From Minisyncoccota bacterium (GTDB taxonomy: Bacteria; Patescibacteriota; Minisyncoccia; Phycocordibacterales; UBA9973), in contig JBAYUP010000002.1 in the NCBI GenBank assembly GCA_041675045.1, positions 1 to 52,686 of the forward strand: a stretch of 52,686 bases of DNA. Reading direction: 5' to 3'. The notes under the pieces are model-generated. The model did not search any database. It was not told where the DNA came from and saw nothing but the letters and a program-made list of their open reading frames with translations. The position numbers were made by a program, and so were the translations under genes. Shown here piece after piece: positions 10,049-17,877 of this stretch. Within the stretch, counting starts at the first letter, position 1; every line of letters starts with the position of its first letter.

Positions 10049-11320
10049 TTAGCCATTGGCTTTTAGTAGATTCAATAATTCATCAAGAGCGACAATTTTT
10101 CCATTCTCTTCTGTACGTTTTTTTACTTCATATCCACCATCTGCAATGCTTCGCTTTGAAGCAACAACACGGTATGGGATACCGATCAAATCTGCATCTG
10201 CAAATTTTTCACCAGCACTCACATCAGGGCGGTCATCAAAGAGTACTTCGATTCCCTTTTCAGTTAACTCAGTGTAAAGTTTTTCGGCTTCAGCACGAAT
10301 AGTATCGTCTTCACCAAGTACAAGGAGGTGCACTTGAAATGGGGCAACTGATTCTGGCCAGATAAGACCGTTGTCATCAGAAAAAATTTCCGCAAGAACG
10401 CCCATAGTTCGACTCACTCCAATTCCATAACAACCAGAAATGATAGACTTCTTTTCTCCATTTTCGTCAGTATAGTACACATTAAGAGCATCGGTGTATT
10501 TACTTTCGAGTGGAAAAATATTCCCCACTTCGATTGATCGTCTTTCTACAAGCTTCTCCTTATCGAGACCGAGCTTTGCCAAATTTTCATCAGTATATAT
10601 TTCCTTGTTAACAGCAATATTCTTTTCTTCATCAAGATAAATAGTGTCTTCACCTACACCAGAGAGTGTCTGAAATTCATGACTGAATTTCTTTGTGAAA
10701 ATTCCCCCGTCGGCGTGCGTGCGGTACGTAATATGTCCGATGCCCAAGCGCTTGTACACACGATGATATGCCTGTGCAACTTCTTCATAAATTTTTAAAT
10801 GCTCTTCTTCTGTGCGCGCAAAAGAATACATATCTTTCATGATAAATTCACGACCTCGCAAAATACCACTCTTTGCACGAAGTTCGTTTCGAAATTTGTT
10901 TTGGATTTGATAGATAGAAATTGGAAGATCACGATATGAAGATACGTATTCACTAAGTGCATCCACAATCGGTTCTTCGTGCGTGAGTCCAACGCCGAGC
11001 TCTTCTCCACTCTTCAGCTTTGTCTTAAACCAGTTGTCCACCTTGGAATCATCCCAGCGGTCGGTCTTTTCCCAAATGTCGCGAGGTTGCAAGGTTGTCA
11101 TATAAACTTCCTGCCCCCCCACAGCATTCATTTCTTCGCGAATGATGTTTTTTATCTTTTCAATTACGCGAAACCCAAGCGGTAAAAATGCATATACACC
11201 AGCCATTTCCTTATGAATAAATCCGCCACGAATAAGCAATTCAGCGTTGCGTGCCTGCTCATCTGCTGGTGCCTCTTTGCGTGTTTTTGTAAATAGATGT
11301 GATTGCTTCATATCCCTCAT
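10049..11320 (-). CDS. proS: Prolyl-tRNA synthetase, compact form without the INS editing domain (423 aa; alternative start at Met4, 11311)
   Basis: Class II motifs are present (REFIMKDMYSF, GCYGIGVSR) with a C-terminal anticodon-binding domain. Only a short segment separates motifs 2 and 3. Confidence 0.9.
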   Translation of the reverse strand: MRDMKQSHLFTKTRKEAPADEQARNAELLIRGGFIHKEMAGVYAFLPLGFRVIEKIKNIIREEMNAVGGQEVYMTTLQPRDIWEKTDRWDDSKVDNWFKTKLKSGEELGVGLTHEEPIVDALSEYVSSYRDLPISIYQIQNKFRNELRAKSGILRGREFIMKDMYSFARTEEEHLKIYEEVAQAYHRVYKRLGIGHITYRTHADGGIFTKKFSHEFQTLSGVGEDTIYLDEEKNIAVNKEIYTDENLAKLGLDKEKLVERRSIEVGNIFPLESKYTDALNVYYTDENGEKKSIISGCYGIGVSRTMGVLAEIFSDDNGLIWPESVAPFQVHLLVLGEDDTIRAEAEKLYTELTEKGIEVLFDDRPDVSAGEKFADADLIGIPYRVVASKRSIADGGYEVKKRTEENGKIVALDELLNLLKANG

Positions 11321-11340
11321 ACTACCCTAAAAACCCTTTT

Positions 11341-11382
11341 GTGGCAAAAAGAAAACCCGCCAGTAAAAATCTACTGGACGGG
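11341..11382 (-). terminator. Intrinsic terminator after the 11403-11864 ORF
   Basis: CCCGCCAGTA...TACTGG(A)CGGG hairpin with T-rich runs on both strands. Confidence 0.6.
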
Positions 11383-11402
11383 CACTTTTTTCTTTTCTTT
11401 AC

Positions 11403-11864
11403 TTAATTCTCTGAAACAATTTGTGCATCATGTGGAACAAGTAACGCATAGCATACGTCTTTGAAAATCGCATACTTCACAGTAATGGGATACAACACAG
11501 ATTTCTCATCGATAGACGCGTTTCCTTCTTTAGCAAATAGGACATTTGCCATTTTGGTGCCTGATTCACTGAGGTAGAGAATCATGACTGGCCTTCGCCC
11601 AGAAAAAAGCTCTCTCATCAAAGGTTTCTCTTTTTGTAAAACCTGAATAGCTTCACCACGCGTAGCCCAGTAAAAACTGTCATCAATGAATACGCTACTA
11701 AGTGAGGGGAAGTCTTTTTTAATTTCAAGAATTTGACTTTCCTCAGCTTCTGAAACTTCAGTAGCCTGAAGTGCTCTTTTGCGATCACGTAGCTTAAAAT
11801 AATGTTCAATGCGTTCTTTCTGTTCTTCAGAAATTTGTGGGGACTCCTGAGTTGCTGTTCTCAT
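11403..11864 (-). CDS. Hypothetical protein (153 aa)
   Basis: ORF bracketed by a near-consensus promoter (11913-11940) and a terminator. No recognisable motif. Confidence 0.55.
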   Translation of the reverse strand: MRTATQESPQISEEQKERIEHYFKLRDRKRALQATEVSEAEESQILEIKKDFPSLSSVFIDDSFYWATRGEAIQVLQKEKPLMRELFSGRRPVMILYLSESGTKMANVLFAKEGNASIDEKSVLYPITVKYAIFKDVCYALLVPHDAQIVSEN

Positions 11865-11912
11865 ACGAATTAAGGGGGTTTAAATTGTTTATGGTACTGT
11901 TGTTTTGCTCTG

Positions 11913-11940
11913 ATTATAGCTTAAATATAGCATTTGTCAA
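11913..11940 (-). promoter_or_regulatory. Near-consensus sigma-70 promoter TTGACA-N16-TATAAT
   Basis: The minus strand reads TTGACA (11940-11935), a 16-nt spacer, then TATAAT (11918-11913), about 45 nt upstream of the 11864 start. Confidence 0.65.
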
Positions 11941-12100
11941 CATAGCTAAAACCAGAATTTCATGCTATTATTTTGCTAGTTCCGTGAAGGGGCTTTTTCA
12001 TTTAAAGACCCTTTGTAGATAAGCTGGAATGCTTAAAAACGGAGCAATTATTATCTATTCGCCCGAAGCGAATCAATCAATCAATTAACCATAGAACACT

Positions 12101-12790
12101 ATGAGTACACAAATAGACAAAATGTTCGAAGCTGGTGCACACTACGGATACTCAAAAAGCCGTCGTCACCCTTCAACAAGTGCCTACATCTTCAGCACGA
12201 AGAATGGTATCGATATTATCAACCTTGAAAAGATAGTTGCACCTTTTGAGACAGCAATGGCAGAAATCACTAGATTAGCTGCAAGTGGAAAAACAATTCT
12301 TTTCGTCGGAACAAAAGCTGAAGCACGACAACAAATTACAGAAACAGCATTATTGCTCGGCATGCCCTATGTTAGTGAACGTTGGGTTGGCGGTGCACTC
12401 ACAAACTTCCCTGAAATCAAAAAACGTATCACAAAACTCCTCGATCTTCGAAAGCAAAAAGAAGAAGGAGGACTTGATAAGTACACCAAAAAGGAACGAT
12501 TGCTTATCGATCGAGAAATGGATGATATGACTAAAAACTTCCAAGGTATTGTCGGTATGAACCGCGCACCTGACGCAATTTTTGTCATTGATCCAAAGAA
12601 AGAACACATTGCAGTTACAGAAGCTCACAAAATGGGTATTCCTGTTATCGGTATCTTAAATACTGACTCAAACACAAAACAAGTTGAGTTCCCTATTGTG
12701 GCTAATGATGCGTCAGTTGCAAGTATTGGATTCTTCCTCGCACAAGTAAAAGACGCATACACAAGTGGTCTTACTGGTGAGAAAAAATAA
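12101..12790 (+). CDS. rpsB: 30S ribosomal protein S2 (229 aa)
   Basis: S2-typical sequence (MFEAGAHYGYSKSRRHP, ILFVGTK, WVGGALTN) and conserved rpsB-tsf synteny. Confidence 0.95.
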   Translation: MSTQIDKMFEAGAHYGYSKSRRHPSTSAYIFSTKNGIDIINLEKIVAPFETAMAEITRLAASGKTILFVGTKAEARQQITETALLLGMPYVSERWVGGALTNFPEIKKRITKLLDLRKQKEEGGLDKYTKKERLLIDREMDDMTKNFQGIVGMNRAPDAIFVIDPKKEHIAVTEAHKMGIPVIGILNTDSNTKQVEFPIVANDASVASIGFFLAQVKDAYTSGLTGEKK

Positions 12791-12833
12791 TATTTCTATT
12801 TATTAAATAATTTACAACTTTGTACATTACACT

Positions 12834-13616
12834 ATGTCTACACCAATCACAGCAGAATTAGTAAAACAATTACGTGACGCAACAGGAGTCTCAGTTATGC
12901 AATGCAAAAATGCACTTACTGAAGCCGACGGCGACATGGAAAAAGCGCTTATTATCCTCAAACAGAAATCAAGTTCTATCGCAATGAAAAAAGCTGACCG
13001 CGAAGCGCATGATGGTACTATTGTTGTTGCGTCAGGGGCTGGAAAAAGTATCCTCCTCACTCTCCACTCAGAAACTGATTTCGTAGCAAAGAATAGTGAC
13101 TTTACAACACTTGCAGATAAACTCGCCCATATCGCACTTGAAAAAGGCGTAGAGGCAATGAAAGATGAATCGGCAAACATGATCAACGAGGTTGTTCAGA
13201 AAGTTGGAGAAAAAATAGAACTCGGGACTGTTGAAGAAATCACAGGAACAACTATCGGTGCGTATGTTCATGCTGGAAAGAGTGCTGTGGTTGTTTCTCT
13301 TACTGGTGGAACTGAAGAGCTCGCAAAAGACGTCGCGATGCATATCGCAGCGATGAAGCCAGTTTATACAACAAGTGCTGATATCACAGACGCTGACAAG
13401 GCAAAAGTACAAGAAGTTATTGAAAAAGAAGTTGCTGAAAGTGATAAACCAGAAGAAATTAAAAAGAAAATGCTCGAGGGTAAGATTGGTACATACTTCA
13501 AAGAGCAAACACTTATGGATCAATCATTCATTAAGAATCCGGATGTTACTGTGGGCACACTTCTTGCCAACGCAGGTGCTTCTTTGGTACGATTTACTCG
13601 TGCAATGATTGGCTAA
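12834..13616 (+). CDS. tsf: Translation elongation factor Ts (260 aa)
   Basis: N-terminal UBA-like ITAELVKQLRDATGVSVMQCKNALTEADGDMEKA. Located downstream of rpsB. Confidence 0.93.
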   Translation: MSTPITAELVKQLRDATGVSVMQCKNALTEADGDMEKALIILKQKSSSIAMKKADREAHDGTIVVASGAGKSILLTLHSETDFVAKNSDFTTLADKLAHIALEKGVEAMKDESANMINEVVQKVGEKIELGTVEEITGTTIGAYVHAGKSAVVVSLTGGTEELAKDVAMHIAAMKPVYTTSADITDADKAKVQEVIEKEVAESDKPEEIKKKMLEGKIGTYFKEQTLMDQSFIKNPDVTVGTLLANAGASLVRFTRAMIG

Positions 13617-13627
13617 ATAATTAAACC

Positions 13628-14029
13628 ATGATCCTTCCCATTACCATTTTTGTTATAGCTATCGCAACAGCATTTGGAATGCTCACTTTTCGAGCATGGG
13701 AACTTCGCACAGGAAGAGTCAAGGAGGGTGTTTTTGAAGAACATACACTTCCCTCATTCTCCTTTAGACAATTTGAACGGACTATGCTATATTTGGCAAA
13801 GCATATTATCCAATGGATTGTGCTCTTCCTTGTGAAGCATTGGTTTATCCTTGTTACAAAGGTAAAGAAACTGGTTGCAGACAAGTGGCCAAAGATTCAT
13901 TCGTACCTTGAACCAAAGGTATCAGAATCCCCTACGCCAACCAAGATATCATTCGTAAAGCGAGCGGTACTTGAGTCAAAAGCCAAAATCAAGCGAATCA
14001 AGGAGAAGGTGAAAGAAGAACACGAATAG
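13628..14029 (+). CDS. Hypothetical membrane protein (133 aa) with a Lys/Glu-rich C-terminus
   Basis: Two hydrophobic helices near the N-terminus. Tightly follows tsf. Ends in TAG. Confidence 0.5.
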   Translation: MILPITIFVIAIATAFGMLTFRAWELRTGRVKEGVFEEHTLPSFSFRQFERTMLYLAKHIIQWIVLFLVKHWFILVTKVKKLVADKWPKIHSYLEPKVSESPTPTKISFVKRAVLESKAKIKRIKEKVKEEHE

Positions 14030-14040
14030 GTTATAATAAA

Positions 14041-14078
14041 AAACAAAATACATGTCGCTTTAGCTGTTTGGTGGCAAG
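14041..14078 (+). repeat. Decayed duplicate of the tRNA-Thr 5' end plus its upstream flank
   Basis: AACAAAATACATGTCGCTTTAGCTG (14041-14065) matches AACAAAATACATGCCGCTTTAGCTC (14111-14135) at 23 of 25 positions, exactly 70 nt upstream. Similarity decays after that. Confidence 0.6.
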
Positions 14079-14122
14079 AAAGATTCGGAATAAGGAAACA
14101 GTAGTTTATAAACAAAATACAT

Positions 14123-14198
14123 GCCGCTTTAGCTCAGTTGGTAGAGCAACGCTTTTGTAAAGCGAAGGTCCTCAGTTCAAGTCTGAGAAGCGGCTCCA
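14123..14198 (+). tRNA. tRNA-Thr (anticodon UGU), CCA encoded
   Basis: Hand-folded cloverleaf. Acceptor stem GCCGCTT/AAGCGGC, D arm GCTC-AGTTGGTA-GAGC, anticodon arm CGCT-TTTGTAA-AGCG, T arm CTCAG-TTCAAGT-CTGAG, then T-CCA. It closely resembles bacterial tRNA-Thr. Confidence 0.92.
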
Positions 14199-14240
14199 AT
14201 GTAAAACCCCCACAAGTATGACTTGTGGGGGTTTTACATT
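14198..14240. terminator. Perfect 20-bp hairpin terminator after the tRNA
   Basis: AATGTAAAACCCCCACAAGT, loop ATG, ACTTGTGGGGGTTTTACATT. It separates the tRNA (+) from the convergent 14247 gene (-). Confidence 0.75.
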
Positions 14241-14246
14241 TCCTTA

Positions 14247-14948
14247 TTACGCACTCTTTTTAGTTGTTTCTTTTGATTCAGGTATTTCTTTCTTCTTTAG
14301 AGTTTTGAGTTGTGGGAAATTCTTCTCAACAGTTTCGATGCTTTGGAAACCAGAGTACACCTTGCCATTAATTACAAGCGCTGGCATTTTGTCTGGAACA
14401 TTATAAATAGAAATCATTGCTTTGATCGCAGACAAATCAAGATTGTAATCAAATGAATACACTCGAAGTGCTGGATACTTTTCTTTTAAACTGGTCAGTA
14501 CATACCCCTGCTTTGTACAATCTGCACAGGTATCATTGTCATAAAAATACAAGACGAACACTGATTTCTGTCCGCATCGTTCAGTAATACGCTTCATCAA
14601 GAGATAATCTTTAATTTCAAGAATTGAATAGTATTTCTTTAGACTGACAACATTAGAATTCTCAGTACCAATATTACTCTCACTATATGAAATCTTCTCT
14701 GCCAAAGAATTAAGCTCAGATGAGAGCGCGTTTGTGGAGACATCTTTACATGACATTTCCTGTAAGAGTGAGAACTGAATTTCAGATGACATGAGGTCAA
14801 GTGAAATTTTATCTTCAGCAATTTTTACCTGATCAATCTTACGTCCAGTAAAATAATTCGATACCCAAAACGCCGACAAGAAAAGTGCGCCTGTAACGAG
14901 GAATGTGATTATATATTTCTTCCAATCATTTGGTTCAAAATGTTGCAT
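14247..14948 (-). CDS. Membrane-anchored thioredoxin/glutaredoxin-fold protein with a CxxC motif (233 aa)
   Basis: N-terminal TM helix. The C-terminal region FVLYFYDNDTCADCTKQG...PALVINGKVY has the spacing of a thioredoxin-like fold. Confidence 0.6.
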   Translation of the reverse strand: MQHFEPNDWKKYIITFLVTGALFLSAFWVSNYFTGRKIDQVKIAEDKISLDLMSSEIQFSLLQEMSCKDVSTNALSSELNSLAEKISYSESNIGTENSNVVSLKKYYSILEIKDYLLMKRITERCGQKSVFVLYFYDNDTCADCTKQGYVLTSLKEKYPALRVYSFDYNLDLSAIKAMISIYNVPDKMPALVINGKVYSGFQSIETVEKNFPQLKTLKKKEIPESKETTKKSA

Positions 14949-14951
14949 AAG

Positions 14952-16223
14952 TTATTTAGCCTCCGTCGCTGATTGTCGTTCAAATGTCCAACTTGATTCG
15001 TGGGAACGAATTGCATTGTAAATAGCCCGTAACAGCCAGAATGGCGCGATAATACTGTAAATTATAATGAAATAAAAGATAGTCAGTGAGAACCCAGCCC
15101 TACCCTCTGCCATGCGTCTCCCGAGTACTACAGATACAATAACTAGTATATATAGAATTACCGAGAAGAACAAGGCGGCCTGTGTATTCACGAAAAACCA
15201 ATCAAAATGGAAACTGGGAGTCCCTTCAATCCCTACAGTCTGTATTTGCACAAATTTACGTGAAGCATAACTACCAATATTATAAATAACGGTCCCAAAC
15301 AAAAAGATAGCTCCTAAGATTGAAATAAAACCTGAAGGCAATGTAAAGAGCGCAATTGTGCCGTACTTCTTTTTAAAAATAAGACGACGATAATCAATGA
15401 GATTTTTTATAAAACCGTAAATCCACCGAATACGTTGACGGTATAATTTCAGTACGGAATTAGGCGCAACAGTATACACATAGGCATCCGGGCAATGATC
15501 GATTTTATAGCCATGTTCTTGCATACGAAGAGCAATCTCTTGGTCTTCGGTATTATGCGCTTTGCGATATGGACCGAGATCATCAAAAACTTTCTTTCGG
15601 AAGATTGAAAACGGCCCTGGTGTCACATGGATACCACCCATAAACCCAAGCATCTTTTTTGTGTACACAGCCATATCATACTCAATTTTCTGAGCAGTCT
15701 GGAGAATATTCTTTGGGTTGTACACAATAATCGAAGGGGCAATCGCCATTGTTTTTGGATAACTCTCAAATGTCTTCATAATACGTTTAAGCGCCTGCGG
15801 ATGCACAAAAGAATCAGCATCGAGACATCCAACAAATTCAGATACAGCATGTACCAACCCGATATTCAAAGCGGTGTGCTTTCCCCCATTTTCCTTGTGG
15901 AAAATTTTTATATTTGGGTGTGATTCAAATTCTTTAATTTTCTGCCATGTCGTATCTGTACTTCCATCATCAACTAGAAAAATTGTTAATTTATCTTTTG
16001 GATAATCGAGTGCCAAAAGAGACTTCACTGTTTTATCAATCGTATTTTCTTCGTTGAAACACGGAACTGTTACGGTCACACTTGGATATGATGCTAGCTC
16101 GAGATTGTCAGCATGATACACTATTTGTTTTCTCTTTTGTAAGAATGTAATCAAGAAAAAGACCTGCACATATACTGACAGGAACGAGAGCACGTAAAAA
16201 ACGATAGTATAGAGGGAATCCAT
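14952..16223 (-). CDS. Processive family-2 glycosyltransferase (PgaC/IcaA/NodC-like polysaccharide synthase), 423 aa
   Basis: Motifs VPCFNEE, LVDDGSTD, CLDADS, EDQEIALR and QRIRW, with an N-terminal TM helix and several C-terminal TM helices. Confidence 0.85.
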   Translation of the reverse strand: MDSLYTIVFYVLSFLSVYVQVFFLITFLQKRKQIVYHADNLELASYPSVTVTVPCFNEENTIDKTVKSLLALDYPKDKLTIFLVDDGSTDTTWQKIKEFESHPNIKIFHKENGGKHTALNIGLVHAVSEFVGCLDADSFVHPQALKRIMKTFESYPKTMAIAPSIIVYNPKNILQTAQKIEYDMAVYTKKMLGFMGGIHVTPGPFSIFRKKVFDDLGPYRKAHNTEDQEIALRMQEHGYKIDHCPDAYVYTVAPNSVLKLYRQRIRWIYGFIKNLIDYRRLIFKKKYGTIALFTLPSGFISILGAIFLFGTVIYNIGSYASRKFVQIQTVGIEGTPSFHFDWFFVNTQAALFFSVILYILVIVSVVLGRRMAEGRAGFSLTIFYFIIIYSIIAPFWLLRAIYNAIRSHESSWTFERQSATEAK

Positions 16224-16235
16224 AATAATTTATCG

Positions 16236-16244
16236 ATTATAGCA
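16236..16244 (-). promoter_or_regulatory. Extended -10 box TGcTATAAT, 12 nt upstream of the GT2 ATG
   Basis: The minus strand reads TGCTATAAT-CGATAAATTATT-ATG. Confidence 0.45.
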
Positions 16245-16315
16245 TAATAAGCCATATTTTTCAACGTAAAACACCTCCCTCTGGATAGAACAGAGAGAGG
16301 TGTTTTTGAAAACAA

Positions 16316-16588
16316 TTACATTGTTTTTGTTTCAACAGAACATGAAGCGCATCCTTCTTTACACTTTTTACATGGGCATCCAAAGACACTCACAAGTGCA
16401 CAGATACCTACAACGAGGTATACGATTGCTTCAACTGTAGGCATTCCACCGAAAATCATGTTTACAAGGTTCCATGATGAACCCATGAGCATTCCTGCTC
16501 CAACAAGACCCCAGTTAAGACCGCCAACGAGCACGAGGTACCACGCGATTTTCGAAGTACCACACTTACCGTGACAATTACATGACAT
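16316..16588 (-). CDS. DUF378-like two-TM membrane protein with Cys-rich termini (90 aa)
   Basis: Core IAWYLVLVGGLNWGLVG...VEAIVYLVVGICAL resembles DUF378. It is flanked by MSCNCHGKCG and CPCKKCKEGCASC. Confidence 0.6.
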   Translation of the reverse strand: MSCNCHGKCGTSKIAWYLVLVGGLNWGLVGAGMLMGSSWNLVNMIFGGMPTVEAIVYLVVGICALVSVFGCPCKKCKEGCASCSVETKTM

Positions 16589-16681
16589 AGAGCAATAATT
16601 ATTTGTACTTAAATAATAATATAAGACCTTTACCTTACAAGTATACCATGGAATGCACTGTAGTAGACAATAGATTGGCTA

Positions 16682-16690
16682 TGATATACT
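16682..16690 (+). promoter_or_regulatory. Extended -10 box TGaTATACT, 6 nt upstream of the ATG (leaderless candidate)
   Basis: TGATATACT-GGTGGG-ATG. The arrangement matches the ones before thrS and rnr. Confidence 0.45.
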
Positions 16691-16696
16691 GGTGGG

Positions 16697-17401
16697 ATGG
16701 AAAACGAAACAAAAAAACTTCAATTAACAACACCCCAAGCAATCCTCGTCGTAGGCATCTTGATTACTATCGCAATTTTTGTCACTCAAAAAGGTATCCC
16801 CTCTTCTGGTTCATCAAAAACACTCTCTGAACAAGTTCGTGTTTCAAAAGATGAACTTACTGCGTGCTTGAAAGATATCGATGCCCAGACACTCAATACA
16901 AACATCCAAACAAGCGTATCACGAGCAATGAAGGCAGTTCCTGAAGGTGAACGTGGAACTCCCTACAGTATCGTTATTGGGAAAGACGGAGTAAAAACCG
17001 ACATCCGTGGAGCAGAATCATACGAATACATTAAGGCGGTTACTGACGGAGCGCTCATTGGAAAAGTTGCGACAGCATACAAAGGTGACATCCCTCTCCC
17101 CGAATCCACTGATCACATCTATGGCAACCCAAATGCACAGGTAACTATCATTGAATACTCTGACTACGAATGTCCGTTCTGTAAAAGAATTCATAGTACG
17201 CTCAAAAAGGTTGTCGATGAATCGAACGGCAACGTGAACTGGATATACCGACACTGGCCACTCCACCAGCATTCATTTGAGAAATTAGTTGCTGCAGAAT
17301 GTGTGGCACAAATAAAAGGCAATGATGCCTTCTGGAAATACAGTGATCTACTCTTTGGGCTTCTTAAAACTGGAGATGAACCTGTAACAGAGCAGTTATA
17401 A
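16697..17401 (+). CDS. Membrane-anchored DsbA-family thiol:disulfide oxidoreductase (234 aa)
   Basis: N-terminal TM helix. Thioredoxin-fold active site YSDYECPFCKRIH, with PLHQHSF downstream. Confidence 0.85.
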   Translation: MENETKKLQLTTPQAILVVGILITIAIFVTQKGIPSSGSSKTLSEQVRVSKDELTACLKDIDAQTLNTNIQTSVSRAMKAVPEGERGTPYSIVIGKDGVKTDIRGAESYEYIKAVTDGALIGKVATAYKGDIPLPESTDHIYGNPNAQVTIIEYSDYECPFCKRIHSTLKKVVDESNGNVNWIYRHWPLHQHSFEKLVAAECVAQIKGNDAFWKYSDLLFGLLKTGDEPVTEQL

Positions 17402-17410
17402 TTCCTCAAC

Positions 17411-17448
17411 AAAACACCCGCATATGCGGGTGTTTTGTTTTTTTTTTT
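17411..17448 (+). terminator. Intrinsic terminator
   Basis: AAAACACCCGCATATGCGGGTGTTTT hairpin followed by a long T-run. Confidence 0.85.
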
Positions 17449-17492
17449 GATTTAAAAATACAAATGTGTTATAAACATAAAAACAATTTGTT

Positions 17493-17837
17493 ATGGATTA
17501 TATACTTCCAATCAGTGTATGGACTGCTGTTGTTATTACCTTTTTTGTGACTTATAGAATAAGAAAAAGATGGGCAAAGAGAGATGTGGCTCTTTCTAAA
17601 TTCAGAAAAACAAAGCAAGCTCTTGTGCTCTGGAGACAAGAGCATGAAGGGTATGAATATGAAGATCAATTTGAAGAATTTCACAAACTAAAGAAAGAAC
17701 ACAAAGAAGCATGTGACTCTCTTTTGAAGCTAAACTTGTCGAAAAAATACCTAATAACAATTCTCGATGAGATTGATGACGAAGAGGCCTACAGCAGATT
17801 CCTGGCTATTATTTTTAATATCAAAAATAATAGTTAA
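17493..17837 (+). CDS. Hypothetical protein with an N-terminal TM helix (114 aa)
   Basis: ORF preceded by TGtTATAAA (17467-17475) and followed by a terminator. No known motif. Confidence 0.5.
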   Translation: MDYILPISVWTAVVITFFVTYRIRKRWAKRDVALSKFRKTKQALVLWRQEHEGYEYEDQFEEFHKLKKEHKEACDSLLKLNLSKKYLITILDEIDDEEAYSRFLAIIFNIKNNS

Positions 17838-17840
17838 ATA

Positions 17841-17875
17841 AAAAAGATGGCTACCACATGGTAGCCATCTTTTTT
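17841..17875. terminator. Bidirectional intrinsic terminator
   Basis: AAAAAAGATGGCTACCACATGGTAGCCATCTTTTTT between the 17493 ORF (+) and rpoD (-). Confidence 0.85.
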
Positions 17876-17877
17876 AT

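Noticed and set aside
14041-14240. tRNA-linked integration site (att) of a mobile element
   Set aside because: The duplicated piece is the 5' end of the tRNA plus its upstream flank, not the 3' end. No integrase or foreign-looking genes are adjacent.
16603-16830. 75-aa plus-strand ORF upstream of and overlapping the DsbA gene
   Set aside because: It lies in a different frame and overlaps the well-supported DsbA start. It would also span the promoter region, and its sequence has no motifs.
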